DNA of 62,293 nucleotides from a virus (taxonomy: Duplodnaviria > Caudoviricetes), in the IMG/VR virus record IMGVR_UViG_3300025687_000003, positions 1-62,293 of that record; one strand, written 5' to 3'. A program made the position numbers and the translations under genes. This document shows, piece by piece, positions 19,817 through 30,266 of this stretch (position 1 is the stretch's first letter; every line of letters starts with the position of its first letter). Below the pieces are notes generated by a model. That model ran no database searches, had not been told where the DNA came from, and saw only the letters and a list, made by a program, of their open reading frames with translations.

Positions 19817-20467
19817 TCAGCCGCGGCAGTCGAGCCACGCCAGGGTCAAGCCGGCGGACCCGTTGTCCTCCAGGAAGTACCCGAAGGTCGCGTCGGTCAC
19901 GGCCGCGGCGTCTCCCGCCTCGTGGTCCGTGACCGAGACGATGGCGCCCACGCCCGCGGTCACACCAGCGGCGAGCGTGTAGACCTTGCCCTTGCCCTTG
20001 CGCAGGATCCAGCCGTAGGTGTTGATGGCGATGTTGTGCTGGGCGACGCCCACCACCTGTCCGGGCGCCTTGCCGGCGTTCGCCATCTCCACCAGCTTGT
20101 CGCCGACAGCGAAGCCGGTCGGAGGGCTGGTCAGGTCGATGGAGCAGGGGCGGCCCGCGGAGATCGCCTCGGTCGCGTAGACCAGGATCCACTCGGACTG
20201 CCCTGCGTTGCCGTACTGGAAGACCTCGACGTCCGTGGCGCCGGCGGAGTAGGGCTTGCCCTGCACCTTGGATGCCTGGATGACGTCGCCGGAGCTGTCG
20301 ACGGCGTAGAGGCGCTTGTCGACCTGGACTTCCTCGCTCGGGACGACGGCACCCAGCACGTACGGGGTGCCGTCCGACGCCACGATGAAGCCGTTGAGGC
20401 CGTCGGTCAGGCTCGCAGCGGTGTAGGTCTCAGCGAAGTTGGTCGAGAAGGGACGGGGCATGCTCAT
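19817..20467 (-). CDS. Capsid decoration/cement protein
   Basis: Follows the MCP; VVGVAQHNIAINTYGWILRKG pattern. Confidence 0.7.
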   Translation of the reverse strand: MSMPRPFSTNFAETYTAASLTDGLNGFIVASDGTPYVLGAVVPSEEVQVDKRLYAVDSSGDVIQASKVQGKPYSAGATDVEVFQYGNAGQSEWILVYATEAISAGRPCSIDLTSPPTGFAVGDKLVEMANAGKAPGQVVGVAQHNIAINTYGWILRKGKGKVYTLAAGVTAGVGAIVSVTDHEAGDAAAVTDATFGYFLEDNGSAGLTLAWLDCRG

Positions 20468-20476
20468 GGCTGGGGC

Positions 20477-21565
20477 CTACTGGATGGCGGTGCCCGCGAG
20501 GGCACCCTGGTTGCGGAGCTGCTTCACCAGCATGCCCAGGCTCAGACGCATCTCCTGGCGGTGCATCTGGTAGCCGGGCAGGCGGCCGATGTCGTTGAAG
20601 GTGATCAGCGGGCACTCGGTGGCCTTGCCGTCCATCTCCGGGGTGCCGCGCTCGGTCACGAACTCGATGCCGCTGGTGTTCAGGTGGTACTGGATGCCCT
20701 GGCGGACCTTGGTCCCAGCGGTGAACTGGGTCAGGTCGATGGCCGGCTCGTACCACAGCTTGCCGCCGAACTTCAGCGGGATGGCGACCCGGACGTCGTC
20801 GTCGCCCAGGACGTGCGCCGCCGCGGAGCCCTTCTTGTCGTTGACGATGACGTAGCCGTCGTTGACGTCGCAGAAGTTCAGGAAGGACACGCCGTCGGTC
20901 AGAACGCAGTCGATCTTGCCCATCGACACGCGGCCCTGCTTGCTGCAGTCCTGCTGCAGGCCCAGCATCTGGCGCATGCCGTCGGCGGAGAAGGAGCTGA
21001 CCTCCCGGTACTGGTTGAACCAGCCAGGGATGCTGTTCCGCGCGCGCTGGAACACGGTGCCGGTCTGCAACGGAGGAGCCGCGAACTCGATCAGCCCCTG
21101 GTTGGTGATCACGTGTCCGGTGTAGGACTGCTGCCCGTTCAGGGTCGGCATGTGCCCCAGGTCGGGGTGGTTGCCCATCACGAACTGGTAGGCCAAGGCC
21201 TCGATGATCTCGGACACGCCCAGCTCGGGGTAGTTCTGGATCAGCTTGGCCATGTTGAGCTTCGACTTCTCGCTGAGTCGGAGCTCCCGCATGGGGATGT
21301 CGTACGTGTAGAGGTACTCGGTGGCCTCCGTCACGGCCCGACGGCTGTCCTGAACCCGGCCGCCCATGATGGGCTCGGTGCCCGTCCGCATGTGGGTGAA
21401 ACGGCCCGGACCGTTCGGGGTCAGGGTCCACTCTTTGGTGGCGGACTCCAACGGCTCAAGGCCGTTCTTCTCCAGGACGGCCTTCATGACCGGGTGCGCT
21501 TCGGAGAAGGTGTCGTTGTAGCCGGGCATGAGCTCGGTGACGGACTGTACAAAGAGGTCGGACAC
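20477..21565 (-). CDS. Major capsid protein
   Basis: 362 aa after the scaffold; GGAG RBS; C-terminal RNQGAL.G pattern of HK97-fold coats. Confidence 0.78.
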   Translation of the reverse strand: MSDLFVQSVTELMPGYNDTFSEAHPVMKAVLEKNGLEPLESATKEWTLTPNGPGRFTHMRTGTEPIMGGRVQDSRRAVTEATEYLYTYDIPMRELRLSEKSKLNMAKLIQNYPELGVSEIIEALAYQFVMGNHPDLGHMPTLNGQQSYTGHVITNQGLIEFAAPPLQTGTVFQRARNSIPGWFNQYREVSSFSADGMRQMLGLQQDCSKQGRVSMGKIDCVLTDGVSFLNFCDVNDGYVIVNDKKGSAAAHVLGDDDVRVAIPLKFGGKLWYEPAIDLTQFTAGTKVRQGIQYHLNTSGIEFVTERGTPEMDGKATECPLITFNDIGRLPGYQMHRQEMRLSLGMLVKQLRNQGALAGTAIQ

Positions 21566-21645
21566 TTGAGCCGCTCCGTTGAGTGAACGAAGCCACCCTA
21601 AACTGAGCCTCTTCTAAAGACCATCGCGTAGACCTGTATGTTCGG

Positions 21646-22608
21646 CTACTTACGACGAGACGCAGCCCGCTGCACCGCGGCGTAGGTCGACCGCAACCGG
21701 GCGGGGACGTGCGCGGGGATGCCTCCCTGCCCGCCGCCTGCGGGCAGGTCGCGGGTCAGGGTCTCCGTGCCGTCGGCGCCCGCCATGGCGTCCGCTGTCG
21801 GCGCGGGCTTCGGGCGGGGCGGCGACGCGGCCGCAGCGGGAGCGGTGTCCCCTCCGCGCTTCATGGCCAGGTAGTCGACGGCCACATCGTAGGGGATGCC
21901 CCGCTCCGCCAAGGCCTTGAGCTGGTCCCCCTGTCCCGCCACGGCGATCTGCATGGCGTCGACCATGTCTCCCTCGAAGTAGAGCCGCCCGTCAGGGGTC
22001 TCCAGGTCGCACGTGATCTCGGTGAACGCGGCAACGGCGGCCTCTCCGGCCTTGCGGAGGGTGTCGCCGTGCTCGACCACGAACGCGTTGATCTTGCGAT
22101 CGACGTCCGCCTCCTGGCGCTTGATGTCTCCCGCCCGGTACGCGTCGAACTCCGCCTGGAGCTCCTGGTACTTGGTCGTGTGGCTGTCTCTCTCGGCCTG
22201 CAGCGCCTCCATCTCCTGCCGCATCTTGGCGAAGGCGGGGAGGTGCGACGGGTCCTGGCCGCTGACCATGCTGTTGTACATGTCGCGGTCGAAGGCGGAC
22301 GCCTCCTCCTGCGCGACCAGGTCGGCGAGCATGCGCTCGTGGATGCCCTGGACCCAGGGGCGGGCGGACTCCGGGAACACGTCGTAGTTGCGCTGTCGGT
22401 AGTCGTAGGCCTTGAAGTCGAAGTCGGCCGCGCTCGGCTCGGCGACAGGGGGCGCTGCCTCCGGCTCGACGACGGGCTCGGCCGCCGGGGCGGCGACAGG
22501 CTCGGCGGCAGGGGCCGTGGGCTCGGTCGTTGCCGCCGCGTCAGGGGCTGCGGCCTCGGTCGCAGGGGCGGCGACAGGTTCAGTGGCGGTGGTGTCAGGC
22601 GTAGTCAT
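21646..22608 (-). CDS. Scaffolding protein
   Basis: Low-complexity acidic N-terminus, coiled coil, basic C-terminal helix, immediately upstream of the MCP. Confidence 0.7.
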   Translation of the reverse strand: MTTPDTTATEPVAAPATEAAAPDAAATTEPTAPAAEPVAAPAAEPVVEPEAAPPVAEPSAADFDFKAYDYRQRNYDVFPESARPWVQGIHERMLADLVAQEEASAFDRDMYNSMVSGQDPSHLPAFAKMRQEMEALQAERDSHTTKYQELQAEFDAYRAGDIKRQEADVDRKINAFVVEHGDTLRKAGEAAVAAFTEITCDLETPDGRLYFEGDMVDAMQIAVAGQGDQLKALAERGIPYDVAVDYLAMKRGGDTAPAAAASPPRPKPAPTADAMAGADGTETLTRDLPAGGGQGGIPAHVPARLRSTYAAVQRAASRRK

Positions 22609-23054
22609 GCCGGGCTCCCGGTGGGCTTGGTCAGTCGGGGGATGTTCGACTCGAACTCCCCGTGCATGTGTTCACGGGTCCGGGCCTTGGCCTGGAACTC
22701 TCCGGCGTCGGAGTACCCGAAGCCGGCCGCGGTCTTCGCGGCGTTGCCTTCGATGCGCTCGCGCAGCCGCTTGCCCTCGAAGGAGTCCATCGACACCGCG
22801 CGCTTGCCTTCCGACGCGAGCTTCTGCTCGAACGCCTCCCGCGTCGCGAACTCCCCTTCCTGCTGCGCGTGGCTGTAGCCCCCGGACGCGCCGGGGCCGG
22901 GCGTGCTGAAGGTGCTGTAGCGCAGATTCGGGGCAGAGATGATCTTGGGCGTGGTCGCGCCACAGTCCTCACACTCGACGGTGAGGGCGTCGGTGGGGCG
23001 CGGGGTCCATGTCTCGTCCGCGCCACAGGCGCAGGCGATGCGGTAGCAGGGCAA
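22605..23054 (-). CDS. FmdB-like zinc-ribbon protein
   Basis: MPCYRIACACG...CEDCG...KIISAP; AGGAG RBS before TTG. Confidence 0.72.
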   Translation of the reverse strand: MPCYRIACACGADETWTPRPTDALTVECEDCGATTPKIISAPNLRYSTFSTPGPGASGGYSHAQQEGEFATREAFEQKLASEGKRAVSMDSFEGKRLRERIEGNAAKTAAGFGYSDAGEFQAKARTREHMHGEFESNIPRLTKPTGSPA

Positions 23055-23062
23055 GGGTTCTC

Positions 23063-24865
23063 CTATCCGAGGGCGGGGGCGGCGCCCCCGGAGGCTTCAG
23101 GCAGCGGCGGGGCGAGCTCTTCGCCTCCAGCGCCGACGCCGCCGCCCTGGAGGATCGGCTGCATCTCGTCCGGCACGCCGGGGGCGGAGGCGTCCAGGGG
23201 CGAGGCCGGGGCGTTGCCCGGCATCCCCGGGCCCATGCCTGGGCCCATGCCTGGGGGCGGCGGTGGCTTGGACTCCTGGAACACGTGGCTCCAGTTCAGC
23301 GCGCGCAGCAGCTCCTTGACGACGAGCTCCTGGTCCACGTTCGGGTTGCCCCCGAACAGCAGGTCGGCGAAGGCCTCGATCTTCTTCAGCTGGACGGTGG
23401 AGTTGTCCTCCGCCGCGTTGTACGGGTGGGCGCTGTAGTCGAAGTCCCATGCGCCGTCCTTGGTCTCCAAGCCGAGCGTCTTGAGCGTGGCGACCTTCTC
23501 TCCGCCCTTGTCCATCTTCAGGTAGATCGCCTCTTCGTCCTTCTCGGAGAGGTACAGGCCGAAGAGGCGGATGGTCGACTGCGCCGCCCACTCGATGGCG
23601 TCGTAGATCTCCTTCTGGCGCCGAGCGTTCCGCGTCTTCTGGGCGGTGTCCACGAGCGCGAGCTCGGTGGCCACGTCCGCGCGCCCGACCTGGCCCCGGC
23701 TGTACGCCGGCAGCGCGAGGATGAACTCCAGCAGCTGCTGCATGGCGTCCATGCGGTTCACGAAGTCGATGGGCAGGGGGTTGCCCTGGCTCCACTGGAT
23801 GACGTCGTTGATGTTGTACTTGCTGGAGCTGATCTTGGCTTGGATCAGCTCGCTGGGGCCTCTCCACTTCGACCACGCGGAGAGCAGCTCGTCGGGGTTG
23901 TCCACGCGGTCGAGCACGGCGACGGGTCGCGGCATCGCCGCCATGACGTGCTCGTGGCTCATGGTCGACAGCTGGTTCAGCCGCGCGAGGGGCTCGCGCA
24001 CCATGGAGGCGTCGCTGAAGCTCAGCAGCCCGAAGAGGCCGTCGTTGAAGCTGATGCGCCAGTACGGGTTCTCCTGCGTCGGGAACGGCAGGGCTCCGTC
24101 GAGGAGGGGCTCGTCGTAGCCCTCCATCAGATGGTAGAACTTCTTGGCGACGAAGTCGTAGACCTCGTAGACGACGGCGTAGGTGTAGGACTTCCGGGAC
24201 GTCTCGATGTCCGTGTCCTCCCCCTTGGTGTCTGTCTCGAGCCACGAGGGGTACGCCTTGAAGAGGTTGGCCGTCTCCTCGCGGTGCTTCATGTCGTACT
24301 TGGCCTTGGCGTCCTTGCCGCGGCCCTTGGACTTGCACCGGCTCAGGAACTCCGCGCGCGTGAGAGGCACCGCCTCGATCAGGTAGCGGATGTCGTCCCA
24401 CTCCTCGGCGTTCTTGTCGTACCAGATTCGCGTGGGCGGCACGACGCGGAAGCGCGGGCGCTGGCGCTTCTTCGAGTAGACGATCTTGAGGAAGCTCTCC
24501 CGCAGCAGGCTGGTCTGAGCGGCGGCCCGCCACAGCTTGGACGTCAGGCGGTCCTTCTCGAAGACGTCGCGCACCAGGTGGCTGCGGACCTCGGCGGTGG
24601 CGGACAGCGCCTGGCGCCGGGCCCGGATGTCGCACGCGGGGTTAGGAGGCACGATGTTGCTGACGAGGACGTCGACGAACGCGTACATGTACGGCCACTG
24701 GACCGTGGCTTCGGTCTCGTCGTCGGTGTTCTCCCCCCAGAAGTCGCCGCGGTACGCGGCAATGTCCTTGTTCCATCCGGCCAGGTTGGCCTTGTGTTGG
24801 GCCTTGTGGTGCTTGATCACCGACTGGAAGTGGGCGACTGTGCCGGAGGTCTGGGGAGTAGACAT
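23063..24865 (-). CDS. Portal protein
   Basis: 600 aa after terminase; helical; ..RG..VATE motif; Pro/Gly/Met-rich tail. Confidence 0.85.
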   Translation of the reverse strand: MSTPQTSGTVAHFQSVIKHHKAQHKANLAGWNKDIAAYRGDFWGENTDDETEATVQWPYMYAFVDVLVSNIVPPNPACDIRARRQALSATAEVRSHLVRDVFEKDRLTSKLWRAAAQTSLLRESFLKIVYSKKRQRPRFRVVPPTRIWYDKNAEEWDDIRYLIEAVPLTRAEFLSRCKSKGRGKDAKAKYDMKHREETANLFKAYPSWLETDTKGEDTDIETSRKSYTYAVVYEVYDFVAKKFYHLMEGYDEPLLDGALPFPTQENPYWRISFNDGLFGLLSFSDASMVREPLARLNQLSTMSHEHVMAAMPRPVAVLDRVDNPDELLSAWSKWRGPSELIQAKISSSKYNINDVIQWSQGNPLPIDFVNRMDAMQQLLEFILALPAYSRGQVGRADVATELALVDTAQKTRNARRQKEIYDAIEWAAQSTIRLFGLYLSEKDEEAIYLKMDKGGEKVATLKTLGLETKDGAWDFDYSAHPYNAAEDNSTVQLKKIEAFADLLFGGNPNVDQELVVKELLRALNWSHVFQESKPPPPPGMGPGMGPGMPGNAPASPLDASAPGVPDEMQPILQGGGVGAGGEELAPPLPEASGGAAPALG

Positions 24866-24892
24866 AGACGTGGTCCTAACCGTGGTGCCGGG

Positions 24893-25321
24893 TTAGGGCA
24901 AAGGATCGGCGAAGGGGAGGCTGAGCTGCGCTGCCTGGTCAAGCGTCTCCGGCATCTCCGGGTACAGACGGAGCAGACGCTTGACGACGCCCGGGGCTAC
25001 AGGCGTCGCGGGGGCTGGCGGAGCTTCTTCGAGGTAGACCGCGCTTCGTGCCTCCATACACAGCACGACCGCGACCCGGCGCCCGTCGGCACGGACTATG
25101 TCGCTGCGCTTCAGCTGATCGACGCTGGTCACCCCGACGGTGTACTCCCCGTCGACGAGCACCCGCACGTGTAGCGGCGCCTTCGACAGCAACAGGCCCA
25201 TGTCGGACTCAGGGACGTGGGGCCCGTCGGCCGTGGCCAGGTGCAGCGTGATGTCGCCCGTGCCGAGATCGGCGGGGGGCTGCAGCCAGGGAGCTCGCGG
25301 GAGACGGATGCGCACAGCCAT
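24893..25321 (-). CDS. Hypothetical protein
   Basis: AAGGAG RBS, 142 aa. Confidence 0.7.
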   Translation of the reverse strand: MAVRIRLPRAPWLQPPADLGTGDITLHLATADGPHVPESDMGLLLSKAPLHVRVLVDGEYTVGVTSVDQLKRSDIVRADGRRVAVVLCMEARSAVYLEEAPPAPATPVAPGVVKRLLRLYPEMPETLDQAAQLSLPFADPLP

Positions 25322-25363
25322 TGAGGCTCCTTGTGTTCCAAGTACCGAGGTGATCGCGCAGGG

Positions 25364-27157
25364 TCAACGCTTCTTGTTGAGGCGTTTGTATTCTCGCATG
25401 AAGTCGCGGGTGTGCTCGTGGAGTCCGGGCATGACCGAGGGCGTGAGGTCTGTGCGGGGCCGGTCTCGGAGCGGCTGGAACTGCACGCCGTAGCACGCCC
25501 ACAAGAAGGCGCTGACGCGGTCCCAGTGATGCTTCTGCCGGCGATGCGCGCCAGGCTCGTCCGGCACCAGGATGGCGGCCGTCTTCGACTTCTCCACGCT
25601 CTTGTCGTGGCGGTACGTCGACAGCTGCGCGTGGAGGTTGTGACTGCGGATCTCCAGCACGCCGCGCCCTCCCTGGGCCTTGTCCAACGCCATGTCGATC
25701 AGCAGCCCGAGCGCCTCCTCGTGGCGAGGCTTCGACATCGGCACGCCAGGGGTCCCTCGCTTGTAGTAGTGCAGGTTGCGCAGGTTCCCCTTGTCCTGCT
25801 CGACCTCCAGGATCGTGACGGTGCCGGCGCCCACGCCATTGTTCTCGCAGAAGACCTCCGCGTTGTGGTAGCGCGCGGCCGCGGCGACGATCGCCATCGC
25901 GAACTGGTGCGGGTCGACGGTGTTGCTGCTGAACTCCGCCACCTGCACGATCGCGTCGGCCCAGACCTCCAGCACCTGGAAGGACGAGGGGTCGCCGCTG
26001 CCCCACCCGGCGGGGTCGGCGCCGATGACGTAGCGGGCCCCGGCCTGGGGCGGGTGGTACTCCTGGTAGCAGCCGTCCTGCGGCCGCCACTCGACCAGGT
26101 TCTCCGGGCCTCCCGAGCGTCGAAGCATCGCCTCCATGGCGTGGCCGGGCATCGTCGAGTTGCCGCTGATGTGCCAGCAGCTGATGTCGTCCTTTGGGTA
26201 GAACACCCACAGCAACTCGGGGTTGCGCCGCACCTTGGGGTCCATGGTCCGGACCTCCCGCAGGAAGGCCAGGTTCTCCAGCGTCAGGAAGCGCACGTCC
26301 TTCGGGCGGCTGATCGGGCCGCCGTCCTTCGGGCCGTGCAGCGTCATCAGCGCGATCTCGTCGTTCGACAGGCGCCAGTCGGGGCGCCACGGGCGCTCGT
26401 TGAGGATGGAGGTCCACATCGGCGCGAAGACGTACAGCCAGCGCCCCAGCCCCTGCTTGGCCTCCATCATCAGGTCGCGGTACGCGGCGGACGACGGCTC
26501 GGTCATGGCGCCGGGCGTCGACTCCACGACGACCGCGGCGTTCTTCCGGTTGGCCACGGCGGGGTAGTACTTGTTCCAGAACCCCCCGAAATCCTTGTGG
26601 AAAGGGCCTTCGGAGATGTGCGTGAAGGCGATGCCTCGACCCAGTCCGGTGTTGCCCCGGAAGCCGGACGTGAAGGTGGAGTAGCTGCCGCCGTGGACGA
26701 AGTTCAGAACGCGGCTGGCGCGGGTGTTCCGTGTCGGGAAACGCAGGCCCCTCGGGGTGTTGTTGTACGTCAGCATCACGTGCTCGAACAGCGCGTCGGC
26801 GCGGGCCTCCTCGTCCGCGATCGTCGCGGCCTTCGTGGCCGGCGTGTACTGGACGCGCGACAGCAGGCAGTTGGCCGTGGTCGCCGACTTGGTGGTCTGC
26901 CGCGCGCCGACGAGCGCCAGGAACTTGGTGTGCCCGGAGGCCTGCCGCGGCGGGCTGGAGACGTACGCGAGGATGCTGTGCTGGACCGCCGGGCAGATGT
27001 CGTGCCTGAAGCGGATGATCATGTCCGTGGCCTGGTCCAGGACGTGGCCGTGGTTCGGCAGGTAGAAGTCCGGCCGGGCGAGCTCCGCGAGGCGATCGGG
27101 GTCCTTGAGCTCGCGGGGCACGCGCTTGTCGAGCTGCCAGGCGTGTTGCTCCGTCAC
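25364..27157 (-). CDS. terL: Terminase large subunit
   Basis: GARQTTKS Walker A, HISE Walker B, VESTP, IGADPA/GDPS RNase H acidic residues, ENNGVG, HWDRV; GTGA-coupled start. Confidence 0.93.
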   Translation of the reverse strand: MTEQHAWQLDKRVPRELKDPDRLAELARPDFYLPNHGHVLDQATDMIIRFRHDICPAVQHSILAYVSSPPRQASGHTKFLALVGARQTTKSATTANCLLSRVQYTPATKAATIADEEARADALFEHVMLTYNNTPRGLRFPTRNTRASRVLNFVHGGSYSTFTSGFRGNTGLGRGIAFTHISEGPFHKDFGGFWNKYYPAVANRKNAAVVVESTPGAMTEPSSAAYRDLMMEAKQGLGRWLYVFAPMWTSILNERPWRPDWRLSNDEIALMTLHGPKDGGPISRPKDVRFLTLENLAFLREVRTMDPKVRRNPELLWVFYPKDDISCWHISGNSTMPGHAMEAMLRRSGGPENLVEWRPQDGCYQEYHPPQAGARYVIGADPAGWGSGDPSSFQVLEVWADAIVQVAEFSSNTVDPHQFAMAIVAAAARYHNAEVFCENNGVGAGTVTILEVEQDKGNLRNLHYYKRGTPGVPMSKPRHEEALGLLIDMALDKAQGGRGVLEIRSHNLHAQLSTYRHDKSVEKSKTAAILVPDEPGAHRRQKHHWDRVSAFLWACYGVQFQPLRDRPRTDLTPSVMPGLHEHTRDFMREYKRLNKKR

Positions 27158-27465
27158 GGCTGGCTCCAGATGAACGCCTGCCACTGCTCGCCCGTGCGGG
27201 TCTCCTCCACGACGTGCGCGGGAAGCAGGGTCTCCGCCAGGTCGCGGATCTGCTCCCATGCCGGCGCGGGGTCCAGAGGCCCCAGCCGAAGGGTCGCCGG
27301 GGGCGTCGAGTCGTGGAAGAGGTACAGCGTGCGGGACGAATCGACGGGGTTCCGCTGCACCCCTGCACGCCAGCGCCCCCCGAAGATGGACTCCAAGGAG
27401 AAGCAGGCCCCCGCCAGAAGCGCGTCAGTCCTCTCCATCGGCGTTGTCGCGAGGAGGGGGCTCAC
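27154..27465 (-). CDS. Hypothetical protein
   Basis: GTGA coupling at both ends. Confidence 0.6.
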   Translation of the reverse strand: MSPLLATTPMERTDALLAGACFSLESIFGGRWRAGVQRNPVDSSRTLYLFHDSTPPATLRLGPLDPAPAWEQIRDLAETLLPAHVVEETRTGEQWQAFIWSQP

Positions 27466-27674
27466 GCGAGCTTCCCGTCGTCGACGAGGAGCAACGCGAC
27501 CGGCCAGTACTTCTCCGACCGGCGCAGGTCGAGGACGGTCTCCGCGCCGAAGAACACCTCCCCAAGAGACCACGCCATCTGCAGCGCGGGGATCTCCTCG
27601 GTCTTGATGGCGACGGTGCGCTTGAGCGCCTCGTCGACGCCGGCCTCGCCGTAGATGTACAGGTACTCGCGCAT
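27462..27674 (-). CDS. Hypothetical protein
   Basis: TGATG coupling, 70 aa. Confidence 0.65.
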   Translation of the reverse strand: MREYLYIYGEAGVDEALKRTVAIKTEEIPALQMAWSLGEVFFGAETVLDLRRSEKYWPVALLLVDDGKLA

Positions 27675-28054
27675 CAGGCACCATCCTCGTCCGCGGACAC
27701 AGCCACGGCGCTCGGGTTGGGGAACTGGGTCCAGGAGCCCTCGAACACCGGAGGTTTGGGCAGCCTCTTGGGCTCCGGCTCGTTGCCGCCCTTCGCCTTG
27801 CTGTCCTGCAGCCGGCGCTGGAGCGCCTGGGAGTCCTCGAACACGAGGCTCTTGAAGATGTTGTTGGCCATCTCGGTGACGGCCTCGCCGGCCTCGACGG
27901 TGATCTTCCCGACCGCGACGTAGACGCCGACCTTCTTCAGGAACAGCCGATAGGACGCCTGGTCCTCGATGTCCGGCAGACCCATGAGCGCGTCTTCGAT
28001 CTGCTTCCGCACCTCGGGGGTGTGGTTCAGCATGTAGGAGCCGTAGTCAGACAT
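27674..28054 (-). CDS. Hypothetical helical protein, candidate small terminase
   Basis: GAGG RBS; helical; upstream of terL (positional inference only). Confidence 0.45.
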   Translation of the reverse strand: MSDYGSYMLNHTPEVRKQIEDALMGLPDIEDQASYRLFLKKVGVYVAVGKITVEAGEAVTEMANNIFKSLVFEDSQALQRRLQDSKAKGGNEPEPKRLPKPPVFEGSWTQFPNPSAVAVSADEDGA

Positions 28055-29126
28055 TCGCTTCATCCTCGGGAGACCAGACCTGGTCGGTGACAGCGTACTT
28101 CCTGTGCCAGTGCGACTTGAAGCTGGTGGCTCGGGTGAACCCAGAGCCCTTGAAGTACATGGGGTTGAGGCCAAGCGCCATCTCCGGCGTCTGGCCCCGC
28201 TTCAGCCGCGACTTGAACGTCTCGTAGGGGATGCGGAAGTAGAGCGAGGCGTGGTACACCGACCGGAAGTACACGTCCGCGACCTTGAACTCGGTCCTGT
28301 GCCCCTTGGGCTCCAGGTACGGCGTCGCCTCCTGCCAGGTCTTCAGCTTCTTGGGGCTGCGGGCGTAGACCGCCAGGCTCCATCTCGTGAGCGGCGACGG
28401 CAACAGCATGGCCCAGGGCTTGGCGTTGCTGAACGGCGTGCTCGGGACGGCGAAGCGAGGCAGGGCGTCGGCGTCGAAGCTCTGGTCGGGGCGCAGGTAG
28501 GTCTTGCACTCCCGGCGCTGCAGGGCGGGGTCCCGGAGCGGTGCGTCCAGGAACTCGAAGCGGAGCTCCATGGCGGCGTGCGCGTCCACGCCCCGGGGGA
28601 GGGGCGCCGGCAGGATGTTGATGCGCTCGACCCAGGTCCGGAAGCCAGGCATCGTCATGGCGATGTCGAGCTGCCGGCGTGCGCGGTCGACGTCGACCGT
28701 GTCCGTGAGGTTGAGCGCCCAGGCGGTGAGCTCGTCCAGGCCCCGGAAGTTGAGCAGAGGGCACTGGGTCGGGACCTCGGGCAGGTAGCTGCCGGCCCAG
28801 ACGAAGGGCGAGGTCAGATCCAGGGCGGGGTGCTGGAGCGGCCAGGGGTCGTCCCGGGCGATGAAGGCGTCGGGTCGGGCGATGGTGTCCTGGAGCACCG
28901 AGCTGCGCTCGAGCAGGAAGAGCCACTGGCTCGTCCTCGCCTGGTGGTTGTTGACCAGGTGGATGCCCCGGGCGGCGTGCAGGCCGTTCATCGAGCCGAA
29001 GGCAGGCATGCCGATGGGCAGGGCCTCCGCGCACTGACGGACGAGCCACCGGACCTCGGGCGCAGTCCGGTAGTTGAACATGGAGTCGACGGACTGCAGC
29101 AGGTGCTGCTGCGGGCGGTTGCTCAC
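28047..29126 (-). CDS. Hypothetical protein with a C-terminal DNA-binding-like motif
   Basis: GTGA-coupled start; IPYETFKSRLKRGQTPEMAL resembles a common phage HTH-like module. Confidence 0.6.
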   Translation of the reverse strand: MSNRPQQHLLQSVDSMFNYRTAPEVRWLVRQCAEALPIGMPAFGSMNGLHAARGIHLVNNHQARTSQWLFLLERSSVLQDTIARPDAFIARDDPWPLQHPALDLTSPFVWAGSYLPEVPTQCPLLNFRGLDELTAWALNLTDTVDVDRARRQLDIAMTMPGFRTWVERINILPAPLPRGVDAHAAMELRFEFLDAPLRDPALQRRECKTYLRPDQSFDADALPRFAVPSTPFSNAKPWAMLLPSPLTRWSLAVYARSPKKLKTWQEATPYLEPKGHRTEFKVADVYFRSVYHASLYFRIPYETFKSRLKRGQTPEMALGLNPMYFKGSGFTRATSFKSHWHRKYAVTDQVWSPEDEANV

Positions 29127-30181
29127 GAAACGCCCGACGTTGCGCGGAGGTAGAGCAGGCACAGCCGGGCGGCGTGGTCGGCGGCTCCCGGGTGCGAGAG
29201 GTCGACGTCGTCGAGGCCCACGATCTGGTACGTGGCGCCGGCGTCGCCGACCAGACCGAAGTCCACGTGCGTGAGCATGGACGGCTGGGCGCCCGGCAGC
29301 GTGCACAGGAACCAGCGGTTTACGCCCGGCACGTGATAGAAGCTGGCGGCCTCGACCTGGTCCATGCCGGCGGCCGCGGCGAGATCCCGGGCAGCGTCCG
29401 GGAGCCGGGCGGGGGCGGGGGGCTCGGTCTTGGCGAGGTGGGCCAGGATCAGCGTGGCCGCAGCTTCGTAGTCGACTTCCGGGCGCAAGGGGCGTTGCTC
29501 CCGGACGGACGCCAGGGTCGGGACGACGTGGTAGCGGCTCGGGGCCGTGGGCCCCTCCAAGGGAGACGAGAAGAAGTAGACGCTGCTGCTGTCTCCGTCG
29601 TCGAAGACCCAGCCGTGGTTCGACCCCCGCGTCCGACGCAGCTCCCCGCCTGGCAGGCCCAGGGCCTCGGCGAGCGCCACGTTGTACGGCGCGGGCGTGT
29701 CCTCGGGCGGGGTACATTCCGCGAGCAGGGCGTCGATGCGCTCGATCTCGGCGGCGTGCTTGGCGCGGGCTTCCAGGGCGCGGGCGACGTCGCGGTACAA
29801 GCACAGGTGGAGGTCGTAGATCGGGGGGCCGGGGCAGACGACGCGGTGCCCCAGCAGGGCGATCCCTGACCACTCAAGGCGCCCGACGAGGGCACCGCAG
29901 TGGTGTAGGTCTCCGTCGGCCATGACGGTGAAATCGGAGTGCCCCGTGACGAGGAAGCTCCAGTCGCTGATGGGTCCGGTGACGGGGATGCGGGTTTGTT
30001 CGGGCACGGGAAGCTCCAGGGTGTGGACGTCTACAGGCGAGGCCGGATCACGCGCTCCAAGACGGTGAGGCAGACAAGGTTCCACCACGCGTAGACGCCG
30101 GTCCAGATGCCGAACGTCCACGACAAGGTCTCGGCTGTTTCGGGTTGCATGGGCGGTTCCGGGCGTTTGCGGTTCGTGCAC
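29123..30181 (-). CDS. Hypothetical protein
   Basis: Long ORF with coding-like bias; start uncertain (GTG 30181 follows TTGAGC-N17-TACAAG). Confidence 0.6.
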   Translation of the reverse strand: MHEPQTPGTAHATRNSRDLVVDVRHLDRRLRVVEPCLPHRLGARDPASPVDVHTLELPVPEQTRIPVTGPISDWSFLVTGHSDFTVMADGDLHHCGALVGRLEWSGIALLGHRVVCPGPPIYDLHLCLYRDVARALEARAKHAAEIERIDALLAECTPPEDTPAPYNVALAEALGLPGGELRRTRGSNHGWVFDDGDSSSVYFFSSPLEGPTAPSRYHVVPTLASVREQRPLRPEVDYEAAATLILAHLAKTEPPAPARLPDAARDLAAAAGMDQVEAASFYHVPGVNRWFLCTLPGAQPSMLTHVDFGLVGDAGATYQIVGLDDVDLSHPGAADHAARLCLLYLRATSGVS

Positions 30182-30266
30182 CCTACTTGTAGTACGCCGC
30201 GAGAAGGAGCTCAAATTCTCTCCCGAAACGATCGTCTACGCGAGGCGTGGGAGCGGGGAACTGGCG